Origin: Takakia lepidozioides | Taxonomy: Eukaryota; Plantae; Bryophyta | Length of the DNA: 64,000 bases | Assembly (NCBI GenBank): GCA_030704615.1 | Contig: CM060734.1 | Coordinates: forward strand, 43,586,001 to 43,650,000 | Direction of reading: 5' to 3' | In this document: positions 1 to 11,176 of the stretch, piece by piece | Layout of the letters: every line of letters starts with the position of its first letter | Numbering within the stretch: position 1 is the first letter of the stretch | Program-made: the position numbers and the translations under genes | The notes under the pieces: generated by a model | Told to the model about the DNA's origin: nothing | The model's database searches: none | What the model saw: only the letters and a program-made list of their open reading frames with translations

Positions 1-1690
1 ACAACTTTTGGAACACCTTTTTGAGGTGCTCCAGGTGCTCCTCCTTTGTTTTCGAGTACACCAAGATGTTGTCGATGTACACGATCACAAAGTCATCAAC
101 ACTCCTGAAAAAGGCTGTTCATCAGTGTGCTAAAGGTCGCAGGTGCATTAGTGAGCCCAAAAGGCATCACCAAGAACTCATATGAACCATACCTTGTCCT
201 GCACGCGGTCTTCTCCTCATCTCCTTCCGCCACCCGAATTTGATGATAGCCGGAGCGCAAGTCGATCCGGCTGAAACTTCTCTCCTGCCAACCGGTCGAA
301 AGGTCGTCGATCCTTGGCAAAGGGTACCGGTTTTTAATAGTCACTTTATTCAAATGTAATCGACACACATCCGCAACGTCCCATCCTTCTTGTCTGTGAA
401 TAGCACCGGGGCTCCGTAAGGTGACTTACTCGGCCGGATGTACCCCTTTGACATTAGATCGTTGAGCTGAGTCTCAGCTCGACTAACTCCCTGTGGCTCA
501 ACCGGTAGGGTGCCTTGGCAGGCGGTTCCGATCCGGTATCACCTCAATCTGTGGTCAACTCCTCTTCGCGGTGGCAAGCCGCTTGGTAAATCCTCCGACA
601 TCACATCTGGTATTTCTCCAAGATCCCCTTGATCCAATCTGGGCTCGGCTCCCCATCGCCTTCTCCCTTCACTTCTCTAATGTAAAGCAAAAACTGGGGC
701 TCGTGTGCCTCCTCCACGGCCCACTCCCTTGCTGACAGAAGGTTTATTCGCCCTCCCACGGATTTGGGCGTTTCTGACACTCGTAAAACCTCGCCACCAT
801 TCCCACATGGCAGCGTGACCACTCTCTTGCGGCCATCTATGACCGCTCCGGATTTGCTAAAAAGGTCATCCCCAAAATGAGATCCACTCCATCGATCTCG
901 CAGATGGTGAAGTTCTCACGTCCCTCCCAACTCCCCAGTTGAAGAGGAACATCAAACGCCAACCTTGTCGCCAACTATGGTTCTCTTTTGGCAGAACGCA
1001 CCTCAATAGAGGCCCCCACGTCACTTGTCGGGAGTCCCAACTTTCGCGCCGCCGCCGGCGTCATGAAGGAGTGCGACGCTCCTGTGTCCACCAACAACGA
1101 CACGTTAGTTCCGGATATTATCCCATCCACGAACAATAACTGACTCCCTTTACGTAAGGCGCCAGTTTCCTGATACAACTCACAAGAATAGTTGCCTACC
1201 TTGCAAGCCTAGCGACCACCGCTTCCACCAAGCGACTGATGGTATCTTCCGACAGCTCCGTGGTTGCCCAAGTCATGTTCAATTGACGAGGTTTTGTGCA
1301 CTTCTTGGCCATGTGCCCGGGCTCCCCACAATTGAAACACACTCCATCAAAGGTCGCCTTCTGTCCGCCATAAGCCGCTCGCTTTTTTTTGCAAGCACTG
1401 GGTGCCGCCTTGACGTGTGAAGGCCCTCCCTTCGATTTCCACGTGCCATTGTCGCCGCGCTATCCCACTTCTTTTCCGGTCGGAAGGAGTCACCTTCCCG
1501 CCGGGTCTTCTTGTGGTTCAGCTCCGTACGGCCTTGTCTCTCACCCCTAGGGACATCCGAGAAACATTCAGCCCTCTCAATTGCCTCGTTCAAAGTCTTG
1601 GGTGGCTTCTCCTCCAACTTCCGCCTGGCCCATGGGGCCAACCCCGCCACAAAGTTGAAGACCATTTCTGGTTCTGCGCACAAACCCTAG
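1..1690 (-). mobile_element. Degenerate Ty3/Gypsy gag-pol fragment (gag zinc knuckle, protease, RT), running off the window start
   Basis: Minus-strand CFNCGEPGHMAKKC knuckle (~1295-1340), protease LLVDTGASHSF (975-1178), [36 protein letters not shown] (96-368). The catalytic motif reads YIDN instead of YIDD (~67-80), and there are several frameshifts. Confidence 0.92.
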
Positions 1691-1835
1691 CTTGGTAAGG
1701 CTAAACCTCAAGGAAATAGAGGGGGAAGTGGCTTAGGGGGAAATGGCTAAACCCTGGGGGAAAATGAACAATCGGTGTTATTACAACATGATGCAGTAGC
1801 AGACAAGTAAAATTCAGCAGGTGATCAGTAGTGAA

Positions 1836-3275
1836 TGTAACATACCTAGGTGTGCAACATATGTATACAAGCTGATTGTTGTGAGGTGCTTAATGTGGTA
1901 GCTTTTGATATTCATGAGTGTATCTTGTAGCAGGGTATCCAGGAGGGTAATGTTAATCCGGAGTCATGTTGATAACAACGGCGGTGGCATAGATGGCATA
2001 TGGTTATGAGAGGCTGGTGTTGGGTAGTTATCAAAGTAGTTATTTCTGGGGGTATTTGTGGCCTTGGTGCTAGAAAATTAGCTGGGCATTTCCATATAGG
2101 ATGTTGGTTCAGTATTTGATGTATATTCAGGGCATTTTCCTGAGCATGTGTGGTGTGTCTGAACTTGAGAGAGCATGGTAGAGCGCGGGATGCCCAGTTC
2201 ACAGAGGCGATGTGTTTTTACATGGCTTTTACTTTGAAGGAAAGCTTCGCCTCTGGAAGCTTGTACAAGTGTTGCGCCCAAGCTGCAGCCATATGCATCT
2301 CAATACATACTTACAAAACTGCTACTCCCCAACACTACTACATGAAACGCTACCACAGCTATATAACTACCACGGCTACTTTAGCCAAGCTGCAGCCCAG
2401 CTGCTGCTGCCAAGGCTATCCTAAACCAAAACGGACTGATCCTCCCACAAAAACACTTCTTCACGTTAAACACTGCCCCATACATCTACTTCCTGCTGCT
2501 GCTTACAAAGGCTCTATCACATGCCCCAAAGCTATTACTTCCCACAACACAATTTTAAGCCCCTCACACTAAGCTTTCAACATGAGGCCTGCACTTTCCA
2601 GCAAAGCCCAAAAATTGACATAGGGCCCCCAGATAATTACACAGAAATTGTGGCCCTCTCTGCGCCTCAACTTGGCTTTCCACGGAGGAACTATGAAACA
2701 AGATCTAGCAATACTTTACCACATCACCCCCCACCCCGCAGAAAGCTTAACTGCAAGCTACAGGAACAAAAACAACAAATTAGCACCATTCCGGGTTTTT
2801 GTCCCAAATGTCTGCAAGACTACTACCAAGCAATATGTACCACACCTGTAATCCCACTACATGACATTTACATCCACCATACATCCCTCCCTACATTCTA
2901 TCAGAGAAAACAATACAGCAGATTCCTAGGCACATAGCCATACTCACTCCCTGCTATGACTACAACAAACAACCACAAGCAGTTAACAGCCCCTTTCAAA
3001 GCAGCAAAAACACGTCAACACGGATTGCAAGAGGAACTAAGTATGATTCTGAATCAGGGTATATAACCGCCAACACTCTCCTGCTGCTCCTCCCCAACCA
3101 ATTCCTTCTGCTGAAAATACCAACCCACATCCTGCCTTGCAGGCCAATAGTCTCCTGCCCCCATTGCAGCTATCAACGATGCCCCAAATTAAAATTACCG
3201 CACCCCGCCCGCGCCCCATTCACTTTAAACTGAGTCTCCAGTTTGGTGGAGTTGGGTGCAGTGGAAACATCTACA
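1836..3275. mobile_element. Possible solo LTR
   Basis: Non-coding block starting TGTAAC and ending TCTACA. The flanks GTGAA and ATAAA match at only 3 of 5 positions, so support is weak. Confidence 0.25.
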
Positions 3276-3573
3276 ATAAAATTATCCAAAAAGTCTTCCG
3301 TAGTTTGGATGAGAGAGAAGACACTGATAGACGCCAGTGGAACTAAGACTTCCTATGCAAGAGATTGGTTTCATGGTGAAATGAGCAGGAGGCATATGCA
3401 TTGGCTATACTATATTCGGTAATGAGATTCAATGGAGTCTTTTGACCTGAAGACGAGATTTGCACATGACCAGTCCACGAGCGAGTATATCTCATCCACG
3501 TTCCAAGAATAATAAAAATCTTGCACACCATGTTAGGCCATGGATTCTGGTGTTGAAAAAAAATCCTTCGCTC

Positions 3574-3763
3574 CATTTAGTCACCAGAATCAAGATGGCT
3601 CCCTCTCTGGATTTCTTGTTCTTGCCTAGACAACTGCCTTGAGAGCCTTCAAAATCTCCTCTGCGCTCTCATTTACTCAACCGAATCAAGATGACTCCCT
3701 CTCTGGTTGTCTTGTTCTTGCCTAGACAACTGCCTTGAGAGCCTTCAAAATCTCCTCCGCGCT
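3574..3763. repeat. ~96-bp tandem duplication of the peroxiredoxin 3' end and proximal 3' UTR
   Basis: cttgttcttgcctagacaactgccttgagagccttcaaaatctcct occurs at ~3615 and ~3711 with similar flanks. Confidence 0.9.
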
Positions 3764-4486
3764 ACTGATGGTGAATGCGCCGCCTTCCTCGAGATTCAAG
3801 GTCTTCACAACTCCATTTTCAGCTAAAAGTGCATACCGGCGTGAGCGAACCCCCAACCCAACAGGCTTGTCACTGAGATCAACGGTCACTCCCAGTGCCT
3901 TTGTAAAATTTGCCAAACCATCCGACAACACCAGGACCTTGTCACCTGCTCCCACACTCTCCCCCCACGCCCTCAACACAAAGACATCATTCACAGCGAT
4001 GCATGCGATGGTATCGACCCCGGCGGCTCGCAGTTCGTCGGCCTTCTCAATGAAGCCGGGCAGATGCTTCTGCGAACATGTCGGGGTAAACGCTCCGGGC
4101 ACTGCGAAAAACACCGCCTTCTTGCCTTCGGTGAGCTCAGACACCTTCACACTCGTGACACTCCCTTCTTTATCCAAGTATGCAAGCTCCGCCTCTGGAA
4201 GCTTGTCTCCCACAGAGATGACCGCTTTCACAGTATTGAAGGATCGAGATACCGAGCGCCTGGTGGCCGACACATTCTTCCTAGGAATCGAGAGCTTCTG
4301 AGGACCTGCACCTCCATGCAAACCCACAAAGGAGGTCTTGGAAAAACCTTGCCGCGTATGTGGGTTCCAGGTTGCAATGATGCAGCCCGAGGTGTGAGCA
4401 GCGGCTGAGGAACTGGCAGGCGCCATAGCCGTCCCGGACCTCGTCCCCGAAAACGTTGCAGCAATGTTATTGACAGCCGCCGCCAT
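3722..4486 (-). CDS. PRXIIE: Type II peroxiredoxin, plastid PrxIIE-like, intronless
   Basis: [16 protein letters not shown] active-site motif, [14 protein letters not shown] and EEGG motifs, and an Ala/Ser/Thr-rich N-terminal transit-like peptide from ATG 4486. An upstream in-frame ATG lies at 4624. Confidence 0.93.
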   Translation of the reverse strand: MAAAVNNIAATFSGTRSGTAMAPASSSAAAHTSGCIIATWNPHTRQGFSKTSFVGLHGGAGPQKLSIPRKNVSATRRSVSRSFNTVKAVISVGDKLPEAELAYLDKEGSVTSVKVSELTEGKKAVFFAVPGAFTPTCSQKHLPGFIEKADELRAAGVDTIACIAVNDVFVLRAWGESVGAGDKVLVLSDGLANFTKALGVTVDLSDKPVGLGVRSRRYALLAENGVVKTLNLEEGGAFTISSAEEILKALKAVV

Positions 4487-5267
4487 TTTCACCAACCGCA
4501 GAGCCTGAGCTTGTGCTTGCGCTCGAGTAGAGAAATGCAGCGTTGCAACACACTGCTGCAATCCCCCAAAGCGAGCAAGAAGGTTGCATGCGACGGCAGC
4601 TTGGGCGAGACGGACGATGGGCATCTTCTTCTTCTCACATGTCCGGTTCCACCGAACCCACAAACAATGTTCGGCAGATGTGGCAGCTGACTAGACATGA
4701 GCCCACGTGGATTGTTCGGCATCCTGCTCATTTTCCCCCTGCACTCCCGCTGAACTATGTATGCCCGGTGTGGTTGCCTTCATTCTTGTGCCGGGCACAT
4801 GAGCAGATTCGCTGCATCCTAAGCGGCGGCTGGATGTGGTGGGCCCCGCCGCCTGGGCAGTCCCTGCTTCCAAGGGGGCAGCCCCCGCGGGTGGGCACAT
4901 GTGCACGGAATTCCACCCCCGGGGCGGTTGTGGAGGAATAAGACTTACTAAAACATAAAGGCCCATTTATTGGCTCTGTCCCTTCAGGGCAGAGACTTTG
5001 CATCATGTTGAAGTCAATGGAGAAATGTGGTCGTCAAGAGTGTGATTAGTCTAAGAAAGCTCTTAAGTACAAACCACATGGCAACTTGTGAAAATTGTTG
5101 CTTCAATGGACAAAGCCTCTTGCGGTTTGCGGCTTGTTTTCACTAGCCAACCAAAGATTGAGAGCTTGAGAATTACCTCCAGGCAAGCTAGGGTTTAAGC
5201 ATTAGGGTATGGGGTTTTGGATGGATGGTGCTTTAGGTTGGAGGCTTAGTTAATTTGTGAAGGATTT

Positions 5268-6606
5268 GTGGGTGAACATGGAGGATGTTATTGTACTCTG
5301 TGTTCTCTTCTTGTTCCTCGAAGGTCACGTCATTTCCATCAATCCAAAAAAATGAGATCAACTCTTATACTTCCGAAATTGGACGAATCAAGTCTTTTGT
5401 CAAGATCTCTTCCCATTCTTTGGGCAGTGTTGGTCTATGAAGAGAGCAAACCTGGGAGGACTTGGTGGAAAGAGCCTCGAGAATGCACTCATTGGGACAT
5501 TATAGAGGGAGAGGTATGGCATACAAGTTCCGAGATGAGGGATAGGAAATTCATTCAAGCTTATCAAATGTCATTTGCAAGTTTCATGTTCTTGGTAACG
5601 GAGCTTGAACCATGGATCAAGTCACGTGCTCACACGCTTGTAAGGCAACCATTGGAGGTTCGCAAGATTGTTGGCCTTGTCCTGTATCGATTTGCCCATG
5701 GCACAAGTGCAAACCAAATGGCTGACAGGTTTGGTGTTGGAGCATCGACAATCAGAAAATATGTTGACATTGTTGTCAATGTACTTATTGATGAACACAA
5801 ATTATTTGCAAAGTATATCTCCATACCACATGGAGAAGCATGGAGATCGACTTCATAGGATTATTGCAGGGTTTCAAGATGCTTGTGGATTTCCCAATGT
5901 CTATGGTTCCATAGATGGCACCCATATCTTTTTGGACAAGAAACCCAGCAAGAGAGTAACTGCAGTACCGACAGACTATTATTGTAGCAGGAAGAGCACC
6001 AACTTCATGGTCCTCCAAGCTGTATGTGACATGGATAAGATATTTTGGAATGTTTGTTGTTTTGTGCTAGGAAGGACAGCCGATGGAGGTCAATTCCAAG
6101 TTTCATCTATTTATGCGCAACTTCGATCACGCTCAATTCTAAAAGAGCCTGTCGTCGTTGTTGGTGAGAGACGTATTCAACCTTACCTACTTGGTGATGC
6201 AGGCTATCCTAGCCGCACTTACCTCATGCACAACTTCAAACCTCCCGATGGTAACTGAGATAAAGTTAGGTCTGACAGACAAATGAATGCCGGTAGAGTC
6301 TCCATTGAGAATGCTTTTGCTTTGCTTAAGGGGAGGTGGATAATTTTGAAGAAGGTGAATGCGAGAGTTGATCATGTCCAAAAGATAACAATAGCATGTT
6401 GTGTACTTCACAATTATTGTCAACTCATAGGAGTGCCAGTACCTCAAGAAGGACACGGAGTTCTACCTGATCCCCATGTTGGATTCCGTGGTCAACTGCC
6501 TATTCGTCGAAAAGGTCATGCCGCCGCAAGGGAAAGTGAGGCTATGAGAGACACTATTTTTTGCGGATTTCTTGACTATTCCCGATTCCACATGATAGAT
6601 GTGTAA
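5268..6606 (+). mobile_element. PIF/Harbinger DDE transposase (HARBI1-like), disrupted
   Basis: HTH region ADRFGVGASTI, GSIDGTHI, LLGDAGYP, IENAFALLKGRW and IACCVLHNYC. Frameshift at ~5840 and stop at 6256-6258. Confidence 0.92.
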
Positions 6607-6764
6607 TAGCACGGCTCAAACTTAGTATATACATGCAAGAAGCACCCATATCTTAGAGGTAGGTGGGATAGTGATTTGACACAATATACTGCCCTATGTC
6701 GGGTGTTTCTATTTTAGCTCAAAACAATATTTTGTATTCTTTCAACTTTGAATGTATTCATGAT

Positions 6765-7020
6765 CAAGCTAGCTACCCCTACCAACAGCCCTCATTGAAT
6801 TCTGACATAGTGACAAAGTTTGGCACCTATTTTTCCAATGAACAGGCAAGTGGTTAACATAGAGGTTGGTCAAAATGGCCAGCCCCATACCATGTGCTCC
6901 TATTTCACCACATAAAAATATTTTTCAATTCCCTCAAATAGAGAGTGTTCATTATGAAGCTAGCTACCCATACCAACTTCCCTCATTCAATTCCAACATT
7001 GTGACCAAGTTTGGCACCTA
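6765..7020. repeat. ~1.3 units of a ~191-bp tandem repeat, related to 26541-27210
   Basis: Shares ctagctacccatacca, catagaggt.ggtcaaaatggccagccccatacca and gagagtgttcattat with the 26.5-27.2 kb array. Confidence 0.8.
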
Positions 7021-8293
7021 CATCGAGCATTTGCAAAAATAAGTTTGGCAAACTCTCGTTACCCATCTTGGGCATTTCCTCCTAATTGCAACCTCACACT
7101 TGTACGTAACAAGCACCTCCAAAAATTGATCCAAGCTTCTCCTCTTTTTTAGTATAGTGAAAGCATTTTCTAGCCATATGACCCTAAACTACAACCTTGG
7201 AACGCTCTCCCCCCTCAGAGCGCTGGAGAGACCTCAGAGCTCCACTCCACGGCCTCGCCGGAATTTGAGAGAGACGTGAACTGGAAACACGTCAAGCACC
7301 CCCGCCACTACTTCCAGGCTAAATTTCCGTTAAAGCATAGCTATAGATTAGCTCCTTGGTAATCTCAGCTGCAGGCTTGATCACCCTTCACTGACTACGG
7401 TGTGTAGCCCTCATGGTGCAAAAAGGGGTTTTATTTTTTTCCCCATAATTTTGGAATAAATGCAATATTTCTTTTTTTATAAAAAAAAACTGCAACCACA
7501 GTAAAAAGTCGGCGGCACAGTAGTAATTATTTATTGGTTCTAGGTGAAAACAAGGCCTTTAGTTACCGCAGGTGCTTCCGTGGGGGCGCATCCTTCCCAA
7601 GCGGCTCGCCTGCCCCCGCGAGGCCCCACGTCCTTGGCTGCCCCCCTTTCTGCCCCTGGCCGCGCGCAGCCTGGGCGGCTCTTTTGGGTGGCGATTTGGC
7701 TCAGGTGCCTGGCACTAGAATCTATCTCCTCTTCTTGCTGGTCACACAACAGCACAATCACCATGGCAGGGATTCAAGCATTCACGATCTCTTTTGATCT
7801 GGAAACACACATTAGAACAGTTCAAACTAGCTCTACGCAGAATTTCGGCTCTGGTGTGGCAGGATAGCGCGGCGCCGCTCCCATACGAAGCATTCTACAA
7901 CCGGATGGTACATACACCCCCGGCTTTGAGATGACCCCTGGTTTCTCGCAACTGAGCATCGAAAGAGGTCAAGAAATTGACTCATTGCAACGTTATAGTG
8001 CAACTGCAGTGTCCTCGCCGGCAATCTCTCACCAACCGGGCCATCCATGGCCAAGTCACCAGCATTGCAGCTCCTGGTAACAACCACTATTTCAATCCTA
8101 TCAATGTGTCATCGCAGATGGCGACATTTGCAGATAATGAGTACACCGCGGGAGCTCTCGCAGCTGGAATTTGCAACGAGACTTGTCCCCAGAGTTCTTC
8201 AAAGACAGATACCTACCGAGGGCCTAAGACTTGCGAAGCTACATTGCTGAAGCAGGGATAGCTGAAGCAGGCAGGGATGGAGTGTGGGTATAG

Positions 8294-10330
8294 ATAAATC
8301 TCAGAAGACCAGATTTCAACCACAAGTGCACCAACAAGGCATTGTGGATTGGTAGCTCCAGGAACCCTGTGTGGGAAACTGGTCAACTGGAAGAAGCAGC
8401 AGCACAATTGTTTGCCTCCACCATGAGCACTGCATTTGAAAAAGAAGGAAGAGAAGTCGTCTACAACAACTCTTCTGGCACTTGTGGGGATATGAGGAGG
8501 TTATGTGAGGCAGGACAACTAAAAGAGGCACTGCACATTTTGAACCAAGGAGGCATTTCCACATATTCCGCTACCTATGTCAATCTCTTGCAGGAAGATG
8601 AATTGTCTAGTGGGAAAGCAGGTGCATGCCAACATTATTCGAAGTGGATATAGGCCAAACATCTTTCTACACAACACCCCTCGTCAGCATGTATGCCAAG
8701 TGTGGAAGTGTGATGGATGCACGCATAGTGTTTGACAAGATGCCTCAGCGAGATATAATCTCATGGAACATATTGATGGCAGGATATGCTAAGCATGGGT
8801 GTGGTAGGGAGTCCTTCCAGATGTATGAGCAAATTATAGGGGAAGGGGTGATGCCCAATAGGGTCACATTCATTTGTGTGCTCAAGCATGTGCAAGCCTG
8901 GCAAACCTGGAAAAGGTCATAGATCCATGCTGACATCATCAAAGCTGGAGTTGAGTTCTGCCGGACAGCATTCTAGAGAATACCCGTGTTGACATGTATG
9001 CCAAATGCAAGAGCATGAAGGATGCCCGCCTGATAATATGGCTAAGCAAGATGTAATCTCATGGAACACGGTGGTTGCAGGATATGCTCAGCATGGGCGT
9101 GGTACGGAGCCTCTTGAGATCTACGAGCAAATGATATGGGAAGGTGTGAGGCCGAACAAAGTCACGTTCATCTGTGTTCTTAATGCGTGTGCAAGGCGGG
9201 CATCCCTCCAAAAGGGAATAGATATTCATGCTGACCTCAGCAAAGCCAGAGTTGTCCCAGATGTGATTCTGGACACTGCACTTGTTGCTATGTATGCCAA
9301 ATGTGGGAGCCTTAAGGATGCGCGTGAAGTGTTCAACAAAAAGGCTAAGCGAGATGTGGTGTCATGGAGTACAATGATCACAGGATATGCTCAGCATGGG
9401 TGTGGGAGGGAGGCCCTGCAAGTATTTAATCAAATGCAACTGGAGGGGTTCGAGGCAGATGTGGTGTCATGGAATGCCCTGATCACAGGATATGCTCAGC
9501 ATGGGTGTGGTAGACAGGCTTTGGCAATTTATGAGCAAATGACACCAGAAGGTGTGTTGCCCAACAAGATCACATATGTTTGTGTTCTCAAGGCGTGCAC
9601 CAGCCTTACAGTCCCGGAATTGGGCAAGGAGGTCCAAACCCACGTCATCAAAGCTGGCATCACACCAAATATTATTCTTGAGACTGCACTTGCTAATATG
9701 TGAGCCAAATGTGGGAACATAAAGGATGCACGTCACATGTTTGACGATATGGCTCTACGAGATGTGGTCTCCTGGAATGTGATGATTGCAGGAGATGCTC
9801 AGCATGGGCGTGTTACGGAGGCCCTGCAATTATTTGGACAAATGCAACTGGAAGGCATGGAGCCAGATTGTATCAACTTTTGTATGTGTTCTCTCTGCAT
9901 GTAGCCATGTGGGCCTAGTGGATGAAGGCCACCATTATTTTGATTCCATCAGTCAAGAATATGGACTGACTCCTACAGTGGAGCATTTTGGCTGCATGGT
10001 GGACCTTATTGGCGTGCACTAGCCTTAATCAACAAGATGCCAATCCAACCAGCAGCGTCGACATGGGGGGCCTTGCTTGGTGCTTGCAGAATTCATGGCA
10101 ACGTGGAGGTGGCAGAATATGCTGCAAAATGCCTTCTTGAGTGGGATCCACAGGATGCAGCAACTTATGTGCTACTTTCAAACATCTATGCTGCGGCTGG
10201 CAGGTGATGATGCTGCAAAGGTGAGGAAAATGATGCAGGACAGAGATGTCATTATGGAGCCAGGGTGCTGTTGTATTGAGGTGGACAACCAGGTGCATAC
10301 CTCTGTTGTAGAAGGCACATTGCAGCCCTC
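8294..10330 (+). pseudogene. Decayed PLS-class PPR gene with an N-terminal PDF half-motif and a truncated E/PG-box end
   Basis: After AG at 8292-8293 the frame reads INLRRPDFNHKCTNKALWIGSSRNPVW, then P-L-S motifs (MYAKCGS, DVVSWNALITGYAQHG), P2-L2-S2, E1/E2 and EPGCCCIEVDNQVHT. Several stops and frameshifts are present, and there is no HxE/CxxC/DYW. Confidence 0.88.
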
Positions 10331-11176
10331 TTTCTTCCATGAGAGACAGTAAAACTATTATTTCCCTGTATCAGATCCCTTGGTCACCTGCCCAAATGAT
10401 TGAGGCAGCCACACCTTTCATTAGACTGTGATTGTTCATGTAGAGGGAGTTCAACACCTGCACATTCACTTAGAACATTGCTTGGTGTTATGCATTTGAG
10501 ATAGGATGCCAATTATGTAGGAAAGGGAAATGGTTTATGCACCATGGGTGGGCAGTAGTACTCTGAAAGAGAACGTCAGGCTGTTGGCATTTGTTTTGCT
10601 CACGTCACCATAGAAGTATGCTGGTCAGAGTTCACTTGATATGAGTGATGGAAGTCTGGTAGACCCAAATACCCTTACAATCACTATGTGAAACTTTCAA
10701 GCAGCCACCATGGGATTGGATCTTGGTGGGTTAAGGATAGCTTTTGACAATATTCATGCAAGTTCGTAAAGGGCTCCATCCAAAGCTACACCACAAGAAA
10801 GAAACAAACATCTGCAAATTTAAGATGCTCAACAAACTTGTGCACAGGGCTGCCCCTCTAATCAAGTTCATCCAAATTCGTATTCACTTCCATCTTCAAG
10901 CTTTGGAGAAGCTCCACCACCCAAACCCAGAATTAGGACAGCACTCTGATTTCCATCTACTGTCACAAAAGTCAGTCCAATATCACCCCTTCAGTCAAGT
11001 GCAATTATGGGCTGACTTCCCACCGATGCCGGGTAGACCAACTATCATTTCCCGTGGATACGCCACAGGAAATGCACTCAACAGTACATCATGGTCAATA
11101 CTCTCAGGAAATGGTGGACGATCTGAGTAGCTCTGAATGAAGCCAGACACTCGCATCTTTCCAAGAAAACATCCTT

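Noticed and set aside
7534-8261. ORFs upstream of the first PPR pseudogene
   Set aside because: May be decayed 5' exons or promoter, but no recognisable domain or PDF first-half was found.
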